Shown: positions 41,223-52,119 of the stretch, in pieces
How the letters are laid out: each line of letters begins with the position of its first letter
Position numbering within the stretch: the stretch's first letter is position 1
NCBI RefSeq assembly: GCF_000372725.1
Contig: NW_005201165.1
Coordinates: 64,853-128,852 of the forward strand
From: Emiliania huxleyi CCMP1516
Lineage: Eukaryota
Length of the DNA: 64,000 nt
Direction of reading: 5' to 3'
Position numbers and translations under genes: made by a program
The notes under the pieces: generated by a model
Seen by the model: only the letters and a program-made list of their open reading frames with translations
Told to the model about the DNA's origin: nothing
Databases searched by the model: none

Positions 41223-41653
41223 GATGATGTCTCGACGTGGTGGCAGCGCTGAAACTCTTACGTCGAAGAGAAAGAAAAAGAATTCCGCCGTGAGGATAGA
41301 CACATGCGCATTTCGGTCGCCGCGTCGCACGTCGAGCCCATCGACATGCGGCTGCACGGCGGCTGGGGCTCGGTCGCCGCCCCTCCGCTCGCCTCGGACG
41401 CCGCCCAAGACGACGGCGAGACTCTCTGCTGCGCCGTCTCGGGGGCGGCTGCGGACGGCTCTGGCGATGTCATCGCCCTCGTCGACAGTGCCGAACCCTC
41501 ACCGTCGGTCGAGGCGCGACGCGCGCTCTGCTTCTCCAAGCCGCGCTCGCTGAGCCACGTCGCCGCCGCCCAGCTCCCAATCCTCGTCCTGACTGCCGCC
41601 GCCGCCCTTCACTCGGTCGGCCTCCCGCCGGGCACGCCTTCCATCGGCATGCG
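40990..41653. repeat. 664-bp inverted duplication of 47581-48244
   Basis: Reverse-complement near-identity with no net indel; paired coordinates sum to 89234 at both ends. Confidence 0.95.
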
Positions 41654-42338
41654 ATCGGACTCGCCGGCGACGGCGCGCCGCCTCGCCGCCGATGCGCCTC
41701 CCCGTCAATAGACGCCGCCGCGACGCACCAGCCTCACGCCGTCACGCACAAGCCTCACGCCGCGCCGCGCGTCGCAGGTGCTCATTGCCGGCTCCACCGG
41801 CCGGCTGCCGAAGCTTCTCGTCGAGCTGCTCTCGGCTCGCGGCGCCCGCCCGTGCGTCGCCGCGGCGGAGGGCGGCGCCGACGCGCTGCAACGTGCGGGC
41901 GCGAGCGCCGTCTTCAACTACCACGCCGAGTCGTTTACCGAGCAGCTGGCCGGGACAGGCCTCTCTGCAGTGGTGGACGTGGTCGGGCGGGAGGAGGAGC
42001 CGGGCTGGGTGAGGGAGGCGCTCGGCTGCGCCTATGTCTCGGCGGCGTCGCCCGCGCTGCTCTCGCTCAGCGAGGACGGCGCCCTCGCGGCGGCGCGTGG
42101 CTGGCAGAGGCGGTGGGGCAGGCGGCCGCACGAGGGGAGGCGCGTCTGGCGCGCGGACGACCGCGCGGCGGAGGCGCTGTCCGAGGCGATGGCGCTGCTC
42201 GAGAGCGGGAAGCTGACGCCGCCCGCCGAGGCGAGCGCCGCCTCCGAGACGGGGATGCAGTACCTCGAGTTCCTGCGCTGGCCGCGCGATTCGGAGACCG
42301 GCCGCCGGTTCGGATTCCCAGGCGAGAGAATCTACTAG
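41304..42338 (+). CDS. Divergent medium-chain dehydrogenase/reductase (NADPH:quinone reductase-like)
   Basis: KPRSLSHVAAAQLP, VLIAGSTG, GASAVFNYHAESF, VVDVVG and LLESGKL; intron before 41778. Confidence 0.6.
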
Positions 42339-45301
42339 TACCACGCTCCACGGCGGGCAAGGCCTATTTAGTGATTTATACTCGGCCCGGCGGGCCCTCG
42401 ACGTCGATCGTCGTCGTCCCCAATAGCGTGGAGAGAGACGACGCCCGACGGGAACGCGAGCACACGGACACGCGTAAAGCGTAAAATTTGGCCTGCACAA
42501 GCTTTTCCGGCAAACAAAAAGGAAAATAAATATAAATAAAACGGACACCTCTACTAGGAGATGGGTAAAAAGGAACAGGTCCCCGCCCTGCGGTCTTTGT
42601 GCAGGGTTCTTTGTGGGTGTGGTCGGCGACTAGCCGGGGTCGTCCTCCCGATGGGGACTAGCACTAGCCGTCTTCCACATGGTCCCTCGGGTCCCTGCTG
42701 CTCCTAATCTCGTCGTACATCCTCCTGCTGATCTCAGCAACATCCTGCTCCCTCCCTCGTCTCGCCCTGCGCGTCTGCTCCGCCTCCCCGTCGTAAAAAG
42801 GAAAACAGAGGGTCCCCAGCACTTTGCGTTTCCGGAAATTTCCAGGGAAAACAGAGGGTGTTTGGTGCTCCATTCTGGAAACTCGCGAGTTTCCCTGAGT
42901 CTGAGAGCTGGTCTGGGGGGGCGCGGGGGCCCCCGGAGGCACCGTGCGCCGCGCCGCAGTGCGGAAACGGGGCTCCTGCTCTATTAGTCTCTATTAGCAC
43001 CAACTTCCCGAATGATTACGGTTGATTAGATGGCAGATTTGGAGAGATCTCGAGGAGTACACACAGATAGACCCTCCAATCATCAGTAACCTCCAACCTG
43101 ATCGGTCGTACTGACCGCCGACAGATCACTCCAGACAGCAGACAGGCCGACGTCTGCACGCGGCCGGCCGGGCGAGAGGCTTGACACGATCCGACCCTGC
43201 GACCCTGACGCTGCTGCTCTAGCTATCAGCCATGGACTGCTGACTGCTGCCACAATGTGCGACCGGTGCTGGCCCACTTGGCGGCCTCCCCGGTCAGTGG
43301 TGAGGCGCAGTTCAGAGCTGTCGATGGCGCGATGCCGCACTGGTCCCATATTGGTGACACTAGACCACAAAGTTTGCCGGTCCAAGAGAGAGGCACCGGC
43401 GCTGTCCTGAGAAGGTGCGTGGTCCTTCATGACTGCCCATGCGCGCGAGGCTGTGTAGGCATAGCCTCGAGAGTGCCAGCAGCCAATCCGAGGCGACGCG
43501 CATTGCACCAAGCGTGCACACGATGGAAGGACACCTTGACCTTCCTACTGGCCGTACGATCAGGTCGTCACTGAATGCTTGATACTAAGGCCGCGAGCTA
43601 TGCAGGTGATCAATTGTGCAGCACGGCACGGTCAGCAGCGCCGAAAGGATGTCGCAAGGCGTGATAGCATGGCCGCAAGTACGCCGAATTCCCGTGAAAA
43701 CAACTGAATAACCACGGGCCCTCAGCGGAGCTGGGAAGAGGACCGCCGCAAGCGGCGTGGCGTGGAGCGGTTGTGCATCCCTCCGGGGGCCCCTCTGCGC
43801 CGGGGAGGCGTTGTTGGAGGCTAGGACGCAAGCGTCCGTCGCCCTTTTCAAACTCGGGGCCCACTCCGCTACGCTCCGACCCGAATTTGGAGGGCCTAAA
43901 AGTTTAAGGTGTTGCTGCGCAAAAGGGGTCGGACACCGGGCGCAGCTCATGCTAAGAGCTAGAAGAGGAGATAGAGAGAACAACCACCCTGTCCCGTTAT
44001 TGCGTACACCAACAAACACCACAAAACGCTCTCTCTCTCCTGTCCGCTCACTCAGGGGGGTCACAACTACCAAGTCCCTCGACTAGCTGCCACAGGGCGC
44101 AGCTGCCACAGGGCGCAGCTGGAGACGCTCCCCCTCGGCATCCACCCCCACCCGCTCCAGCCCCACTTCTGCTGCCGAGAGAGCTGAATCGAAGCAAGCG
44201 TGCCATTGCATCTTGGCGTGCTCCTGGAGCGCGGCTTTCTGCGGCCACGAGCACGGCGGAGTCGGCGTCGTAGCGCGCATCGTTCCCGCTCATCGCCCAT
44301 TCCTCCCGTGACGTGTGTCGGCCGCGATTCGATGTCGCCACCTTCATCGCCAACGAGGACTCCCTCGACTGCAGGGGGGCTCCGGCGCGGGGAGGGACTC
44401 CGCCTGCTGCGCTGGCCGACTGCGCCCTCCTCCTCCATGGGATCGATCCGATTCCGCAGCGGCGGTGCTGCGCGGGAGGCGGCCGCGGGCACGCTGGGCT
44501 CGATCAGCGGCTTTCCCCTCAGGCAGCGCGAAAGCACGGATTTGGCGGATTCTTGGCTTCAATTTTACGAATGTCTTGGCACCAGCTGAAGGCTTGCATC
44601 CCACATCACGCAGTTTGTGCACGGTATTCGGATTTTGGCTATTTGCTCGTGTGGGGGTAAATCGCAGATTTGTCAATGGTACCGCGTCTGCGACGCGGGC
44701 GCCTTGCGGGCAGAGCCCTTAGCCACCCTTTTATCTTGCGCGGTCAAAATCGCGCAAAAAAAGCGAACAAATCGGCGCCTGCGGCGGGCCATGGGACCCC
44801 ATCGCCCCCCCGCATGGACACCCTCTGGGGCCCCCGCGCCGGCCCAGAGGTCTGGGGCAAAATCTGAGGCAAAATTGAGGAAATCGGCACGATACCCAGG
44901 CGGTCGCAGGGTATTTTCCAGGTATACCCGGGGTTTTCCAGGTATACCCGCAAAATTTTGCCGGTTTGGCTGATTTTGGGCCCAAACCAGCCTCGGACTC
45001 GGCTCAGAGCCCGGAAAATTTGATGGTTTCCCCGGGAAAAGAGAGAGGAAAGGAGAGGGTGCTGTAGAGAAAAAAGGAAAGGAAAAGAGACGGGGTGCGA
45101 GAGGAAAAGCTTGTTCAGCCTAACGTAAAATGCAATAAAGTGAAAAGTAAATAGGAGGCCAGAGGGCGGTGCCCGGCGCCGGCGGTAAGGGAAACCAGGG
45201 CGAAAGGACAATCGGATCATCGTCGTCGGCCGCCCTTGTTTACAAAAACAGGCACCGCTCCACGGCTCCAGGCACGGACTGATGAACATCTCCACCCTGT
45301 G

Positions 45302-45511
45302 AACATCAACAACGCTGCTCGCAACATGCGTGTCGCGCACTCACTCATTCATGACCGGTCTCAATGCCCCACCCCCCTGCGCGCGGGCCTTCTAAGCCCG
45401 CGGGTAGTCCCCCCCCATCCCCAGGGCCTCCAGGGCTCGCACCTCAACCTCTCACAGGCCAGCGCACAGCGCCATAAGAGGTATTTTCTTCTCAATAACA
45501 AGGCTGTGAAC
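45302..45511 (+). mobile_element. Short 3' copy of the CRE-like element at 15133-15725
   Basis: Near-identical to the reverse complement of ~15133-15340; CTGTGAAC at both ends (45297-45304 and 45504-45511). Confidence 0.8.
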
Positions 45512-45561
45512 TCTGGTAATCGCCGCCCGCCCGCTGTTCCCGCGTTGATTGGTTGTGGTCG

Positions 45562-47217
45562 ATGGCTCCCCTGAAGCCGCCAAGCTTGCCGCCGCTGGCC
45601 AAGTACATCGCGGGGAAGCGTGCCTCCGAGGCCGCCAAGGCCAAGAAGGCCCACGTGCGTGTCAACGCGCCCCCGCCGGCTGACGTGGAGGGCGGGCCTT
45701 TATCAGAGACAGACTGGGCCAGGGCGGGGATAAACCGGGGAGATGGCGAGTCCAAGGCGACGACCGTGAAGGGGATGTGGGGCCTGGAACGCCAGTTGGA
45801 CGCAATCCCCGACGCCAGCGCTGAGAAACTGGTCGCCGTTCTGCCCGACCGCTCCCTCGGCATCGAGATTTACGCAAGCGCGCCGGTTGCGCTGCTCTAC
45901 CAGATCGTGACACTCATCACGCTGCCGCTGTTTGTGCTGTACCTGCTCCTCAAGGCCATCATGGGCATCTTTCTGTGGATGGCCAACGGGGTGGTTTACT
46001 ACTGCTGCTGCGGCCGCCCGAGCTTTGCCGAGGTTAAGGTGACCCTCGCCCCTGCCGGCATGGCCTCCCCGACGTCTCTGCGGCGGCGGCGGGCGCCGCT
46101 CTTCTCACGACCCTCTCTCCCATGCAGCCCGGGGATGGCTGGTGCCTCATCACTGGCGCCTCGTACGGCATCGGCAACTCGATCGCGCGTGAGATGGCCT
46201 CGCGCGGCTACGACGTCATCCTCGTGGCGCGCACCACGTCCAAGCTGACGGAGTGCGCCGAGCAGTGCCGCGCCTTCGGCGTGCAGGCGAAAGTGGTGAC
46301 GCAGGACCTGGCACTCGAGAATTCGCCGGAGCAGCTCTGGAAGAAGGCGAGACTGAGAGGCCCCTACCCCCCACTTCCAGCAGCCGCTGCCCCCGAGGCC
46401 GCATCGCGTGCCCCGCGACACGCGCGCAGGTGCAAGAGATGGGTCTCGACGTCTCGATTCTCGTAAACAACGCGGGCGCGGGCTTTTACGGCATCTTTAA
46501 CGAGGCGCGCCCCGCTTCAAGTGCACCCGCGAGCGTGCCCTTTGCCGATCAAGACAAGGAGCATTAGGTGAACTGGGGCAAGTACTCTTACATGATCAAT
46601 CTCAACATGCGCACCTACGCGGGCAACATCCACCACTTCGGCCGCCCCATGATCGAGAAGGGACGCGGCCACATCCTCAACATCGCGTCGATCGCCTCCT
46701 TCGCGCCGGCGCCGTCGGAGGCGATGTACAACTCGAGCAAGGCTTTCGTTCTCGCGCTCGGCCAGGCCGGCCCACGCAGTCGCCCCGCCGCTCTGCGCAG
46801 GCAGGTTTTGACTGATGCGCAAGCCTGCACACCTAGGCCATCAAGTACGAGCTGCGCAACACCGGCGTGTCGCTCACCACGGGCTGCCCCGGCTTCACCC
46901 AGACGCGCTTCTGGCCACACGACGGCGCGCTCGCGCCGGCGGGCGCCACCGCGTGCATGCTGCAGAGCTCGGACGGCTGCGCGCGTCAGCTGGTGGACGC
47001 GATGTTCCAGTCCACAGTCTGGACCATCGCGGGGACGCCCCTCGGCTGGATCGTGAACTACGTCGCCACGCAGTCGACGCCGATGCTCCCGTGGGACTAC
47101 GGCATGTGGTTCGTCGCCAAGCTCTTCAAATCGGAGGTGACTGAGAAGTCGTGGGTCCAGGGGTGGCTCTACTACCTCAAGCCGGCGGGCGGGTGGCCGT
47201 GGCAACGCACCATGTAA
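45562..47217 (+). CDS. Short-chain dehydrogenase/reductase with an N-terminal TM segment, multi-exon
   Basis: ITGASYGIG, ILVART, LVNNAG, ILNIAS, YNSSK (YxxxK) and CPGFTQT. Confidence 0.88.
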
Positions 47218-47510
47218 GAGCAAAGAGGGACGGCCGCCGCATGGAAGGGGCGCTGAACCATCCCGGATGGTGGCTCCCCTGCCTGTCTTCAACTCTCTCG
47301 TCCCCTTTGCGACGCCGCACGCCCCAGGGGCGGAGGGGGCGCTCTTACAGTCCATGCGCATGCGACACCCATGGCCCCGGTGCCCGGATGACACGAACAC
47401 ACCCTTGAAACTTCTACCACATGAGTCATGACACAGATCCACAACTCACTCTCACAAACACACACAACCCCCTTCACTTTTCCTTTTGCCAATATCAAAT
47501 GGCGACATAG

Positions 47511-47930
47511 TTACGCAATTTGATCTAAAGAGGAGGGCCCGGCGCTCTCGACGAGGGCGATGACATCGCCAGGGCCGCGACGCATGCTGATGGAAGGCGT
47601 GCCCGGCGGGAGGCCGACCGAGTGAAGGGCGGCGGCGGCAGTCAGGACGAGGATTGGGAGCTGGGCGGCGGCGACGTGGCTCAGCGAGCGCGGCTTGGAG
47701 AAGCAGAGCGCGCGTCGCGCCTCGACCGACGGTGAGGGTTCGGCACTGTCGACGAGGGCGATGACATCGCCAGAGCCGTCCGCAGCCGCCCCCGAGACGG
47801 CGCAGCAGAGAGTCTCGCCGTCGTCTTGGGCGGCGTCCGAGGCGAGCGGAGGGGCGGCGACCGAGCCCCAGCCGCCGTGCAGCCGCATGTCGATGGGCTC
47901 GACGTGCGACGCGGCGACCGAAATGCGCAT
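47511..47930 (-). pseudogene. Truncated copy of the MDR-like gene (exon 1 only)
   Basis: Matches 41304-41653, then diverges and stops at 47511. Confidence 0.8.
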
Positions 47931-48011
47931 GTGTCTATCCTCACGGCGGAATTCTTTTTCTTTCTCTTCGACGTAAGAGTTTCAGCGCTGCCACCACGTC
48001 GAGACATCATC

Positions 48012-51000
48012 ATGGCTTCGGAGAGGCCGTGGGCCTACCCCACCGAGCAGGCTCTCGTCCCGCTGCTGGGCGCCTCCGCTGCAGCGGCCCACACGCACGC
48101 TGCCTCTGCGCCCGCAGGTGCTCGCCAGCCACGGCGTTGACCAGGGGCAGGGCCTCGCCGACGCAGAGGTGGAGCTGAAGCGCGCAGAGTTTGGGACCAA
48201 CGAGCTGGACAAGGACGAGGGCACGCCGCTCTGGAAGCTGGTCCTGCAGCAGTTCGACGATCTCCTCGTCAAGATTCTCCTCGGCGCTGCCGTCCTCTCC
48301 TTTGTGCGTGCTGCGCCGCCGCGACTGCCGCCTCTGCCGCTCCTCTCTGCAGCCCTGCAAGAGCGCCTGCCATAGTGCTAGGCCAGGCGCGCCGACTCGA
48401 CCGCGTGAGGCCAGGCGCGCCGACTCGGCCGGCCGCCCCCCTGGCAGGTGCTCGCCTTCTTCGAGGACAGCGAGGAGGAGGGTCTGCAAGCGTTTGTTGA
48501 GCCGTGCGCTGCCGGCAGATGCCAGACTCCACACAGAGCAACACGCGCTCCTCTGTCCTCGTCCTGGCGGCGGGCACGCCAGTGCGTGCCCTCTCGCCTT
48601 GACGCGCTCCAGCCTCCTCCCTTGGGCTGCGTGAGGCCGCGAGCGGCTCTCTGCGCGCCTTGTTCCCCTCGAAGCCGTCTCGCTGCGACACATCTCTCTC
48701 TCTGCTCGCACACCGCTTCCCTCCGCTCGCAGGTTCGTCATCCTGCTCATCCTCATCATCAACGCGGTTGTCGGTGTGTGGCAGGAGCACAACGCTGAGA
48801 ATGCCCTCGAGGCACTCAAAGAGCTGCAGGCGCGCGCCGACGCCTCCCGCGCCCTCTCGCGCGCCGCCGTCGCTCGACTCCCTCGCCGCTCTATGCCACG
48901 CCCTCACCGTCGCCCTCCTCCCCCCCCCCCCGCACTCACTCTCTCCCGCGTCCTCTCTCTCCCGTGCGCTTCGTCCGAGCCAGCGCGGCCACTCCGACGC
49001 GTTCCGCACTCGGCGCTGCAGGGCTGCAAGGCAAAGGTCTACCGCAACGGCCAGCTCGTGCCTGACCTGCCTGCGGCGGACCTTGTGCCGGGCGACATCG
49101 TCGAGGTGTCCGTCGGCGACAAGGTGCCCGCCGACTTGCGCGTGCTGCGCCTCAAGACCACGACGGTGCGCGAAACGCCGACGCTTCGGTTCCCTCGGCT
49201 CCACCTCGGCTCCACCTCCACCTCGGCTCCACCTCGGCCCCACCTCCGCCTGGGCCGCGCCTCGGCTCCACCTCGGCCAGTCTCGGCGACACCTCGGCGC
49301 CATCTCGCCTAGGTGCGCACCGACGAGGGCGCGCTCACGGGCGAGTCGGAGACGGTGATGAAGCACACCGAGCCGGTGGGGGCGGAGGCGCGCATCCAGG
49401 ACAAGACCAACATGATGTTTTCGGGCACGACCCTCTCGGGGGGCGGCGCCTTTGGCGTGGTTGTCGCGACGGGCATGCGCACCGAGATCGGCAAGATCCA
49501 GGCCAACGTCAAGGAGGCTGCGGAGGACGAGGAGAAGACGCCGCTTGGGCAGAAGATCGACGCGTTCGGAGAGATGCTCGCGCGCGTCATCGGCCTCATC
49601 TGCATCGCCGTCTGGGTGATGAACTTCTCAAAGTTCGCCGACCCGGTGCACGGCGGCTTCTGGCACGGCCTCATCTACTACCTCAAGATCGCCGTGGCGC
49701 TCGGCGTCGCCGCCATCCCCGAGGGCCTCCCCGCCGTCATCACGCTCTGCCTCGCCCTCGGCACGCGCAAGATGGTCAAGCGCAACGCCATCGTCCGCAA
49801 GCTCCCCTCCGTCGAGACGCTCGGCTGCACGACCGTCATCTGCTCCGACAAGACGGGCACCCTCACCACCAACCAGATGGCGGTGGTGGCGATGGCGTAC
49901 CCGCGCTCCGCGCCGGACGACATCGCGGAGCACGTCGTCACTGGCACCTCGTACAGCCCCGAGGGCGAGGTGGTTGGGCTCAGCCTGTCCGCCGACTCGG
50001 GCGTGCTCGACATCGCGAGGGTGTCCGCGCTGTGCAACCAGGCCTCGATCCACTACGCGGGCGGCAAGTACGAGCGCGTCGGCGAGCCGACCGAGGCGGC
50101 GCTCAAGGTGCTGGCCGAGAAGATCGGGCTTCCGGGCGTGCCTCGCACCAGCGACCCCGCGCTTGCGTGCTGCCAGGCCAACGGCCACTGGATAGCGCAG
50201 AGCCCGTGCAACGCGGTGCTCGAGTTCTCGCGCGACCGCAAGTCGATGTCGACGCTCTGCGGTTACGGAAGCGGCGCGTCGGAGGGGGGGCTCGGCGCGA
50301 GCCCCGCGCGCGCGACGCGCTCCCGCGCAAAGGCGTCGGGCGGCGCAAACATGCTGTACTGCAAGGGCGCGCCCGAGTCGGTGCTGCCGCGCTGCACGCG
50401 CGCGCGGCTGGCCAACGGGACGACGGTCAGCCTGTCGGCGCCTCAGCGGGACGCGCTCCTCGCCTACGTCTCCGGCATGGCGGCGCGCCCGCTCCGGTGC
50501 CTCGCGCTCGCCATCGCCGAGGACGTCGGCGACTTGGCGGACTACGACGGCCCGTCGCACCCGGCGCACCACAAGCTCGTCGACACGGCCGGCTTTGCAA
50601 GCATCGAGAAGGGGATGACCTTCGTCGGCCTGGTGGGCATCAAGGACCCCGCGCGGCCCGAGGTCGCGCCGGCGATCGCCTCGTGCAACACGGCGGGCAT
50701 CCGCGTGGTGATGATCACCGGCGACACGAAGCCCACCGCCGAGGCCATCGCGAGGGAGATTGGGATCTTCCCCGAGGGCGAGTCGCTGCAGGGCCGCTCC
50801 TTCACCGGCGCCGAGTTCTTCGCGCTCTCGGCGGAGAAGCGGCGCGAGCTGCTCACCGAGCACCGCCACTCGATGGTCTTCTCGCGCACCGAGCCGCGCG
50901 ACAAGCAGGAGCTCGTCAAGATCCTGCGCACCGCCGGCGAGGTGCCCGCGATGACGGGCGACGGCGTCAACGACGCGCCGGCGCTCAAGCAGGCGGCCAT

Positions 51001-52119
51001 CGGCGTGGCGATGGGCATCGCGGGCACCGAGGTGGCCAAGGAGGCGGCCGACATGATCCTGGCGGACGACAACTTCGCGACCATCGTGGCGGCGGTGGAG
51101 GAGGGGCGCGCCATCTACATGAACATGAAGGCCTTCATCCGCTACCTCATCTCGTCCAACATTGGCGAGGTGGCCTCCATCTTCCTCACGGCGCTGCTCG
51201 GCTTCCCCGAGGGTGACCCCGCCCCCGCCCCTTCGGCCTGCCGTGCCCCTCCGGGCCGCCCCCCCTCCGCTGAGCCCTCTCCGACCCGCCCCGCCGCAGG
51301 CCTCATCCCGGTCCAGCTGCTGTGGGTGAACCTCGTCACCGACGGCCCGCCCGCCACCGCGCTCGGCTTCAACCCGCCCGACCCGGACATCATGCGCCGC
51401 CCGCCCCGCCGTGCCGACGACCAGCTCATCACGCCGTGGGTCTTCTTCCGCTACATGGTCGTCGGCTTGTACGTCGGCTTCGCCACGGTCGGCGTGTTCG
51501 GGTACTGGTACACGGCCTACGACTGGTCCGAGTACGGCCACCCTCTCATCTCGGTCTCGCACCTCTCAAACTGGGGCAAGTGCTCCCACTTTGGCGAGAT
51601 GGCCGAGTTTACGAGCGACCCGTGCGCGCCCCGCCTTCCGCCCGCGGATGCGCCGCGAGCTCGCCGCCGCCTCACCGCCGCGGCTGTGTGAGCAGGTATG
51701 CTCCCGACTTCACGACGTGGGCCGCCAACGGCGGGCTCGACCTGTCCGCCAAGCCGTGCGACTACATGACGGGCAGGGCGAAGAACACGGCCTCCACGCT
51801 CTCGCTCTCCGTCCTCGTCACGATCGAGATGTTCAACGCTCTCAACGCAATCTCGGAGGACGGCTCGCTGCTGCAGGTGCCGCCGTGGGTCAACCCGTGG
51901 CTGCTGCTCGCGATGTTCGTCTCCTTTGGCCTCCACTTCGTGATCATGTACGTGCCCGTGCTCGCGACCATCTTTTCGATCGTGCCGCTCACGCTCAACG
52001 ACTGGCTCCTCGTGCTCGCCTTCTCCTTCCCCGTCATCATCGTCGACGAGGCGCTCAAGCTCGTCGGAAGGGTGCGCGAGCGCGCGGCCTTCCATCGGCG
52101 CATGGAGAAGGAGGAGTAG
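48012..52119 (+). CDS. P-type IIA Ca2+-ATPase (SERCA/ECA type), multi-exon
   Basis: [61 protein letters not shown] and IEMFNALN. Confidence 0.97.

Noticed and set aside
42600..45290. Possible genes or transposon ends, including a 16-bp tandem at ~44084 and a duplicated ttttccaggtatacccg at ~44915
   Set aside because: No recognisable protein motifs and no matched TIR pair could be established.
49628..51562. Long antisense ORF (644 aa) and many similar Arg/Ala/Pro-rich ORFs
   Set aside because: Shadow ORFs caused by high GC and codon bias opposite real genes.
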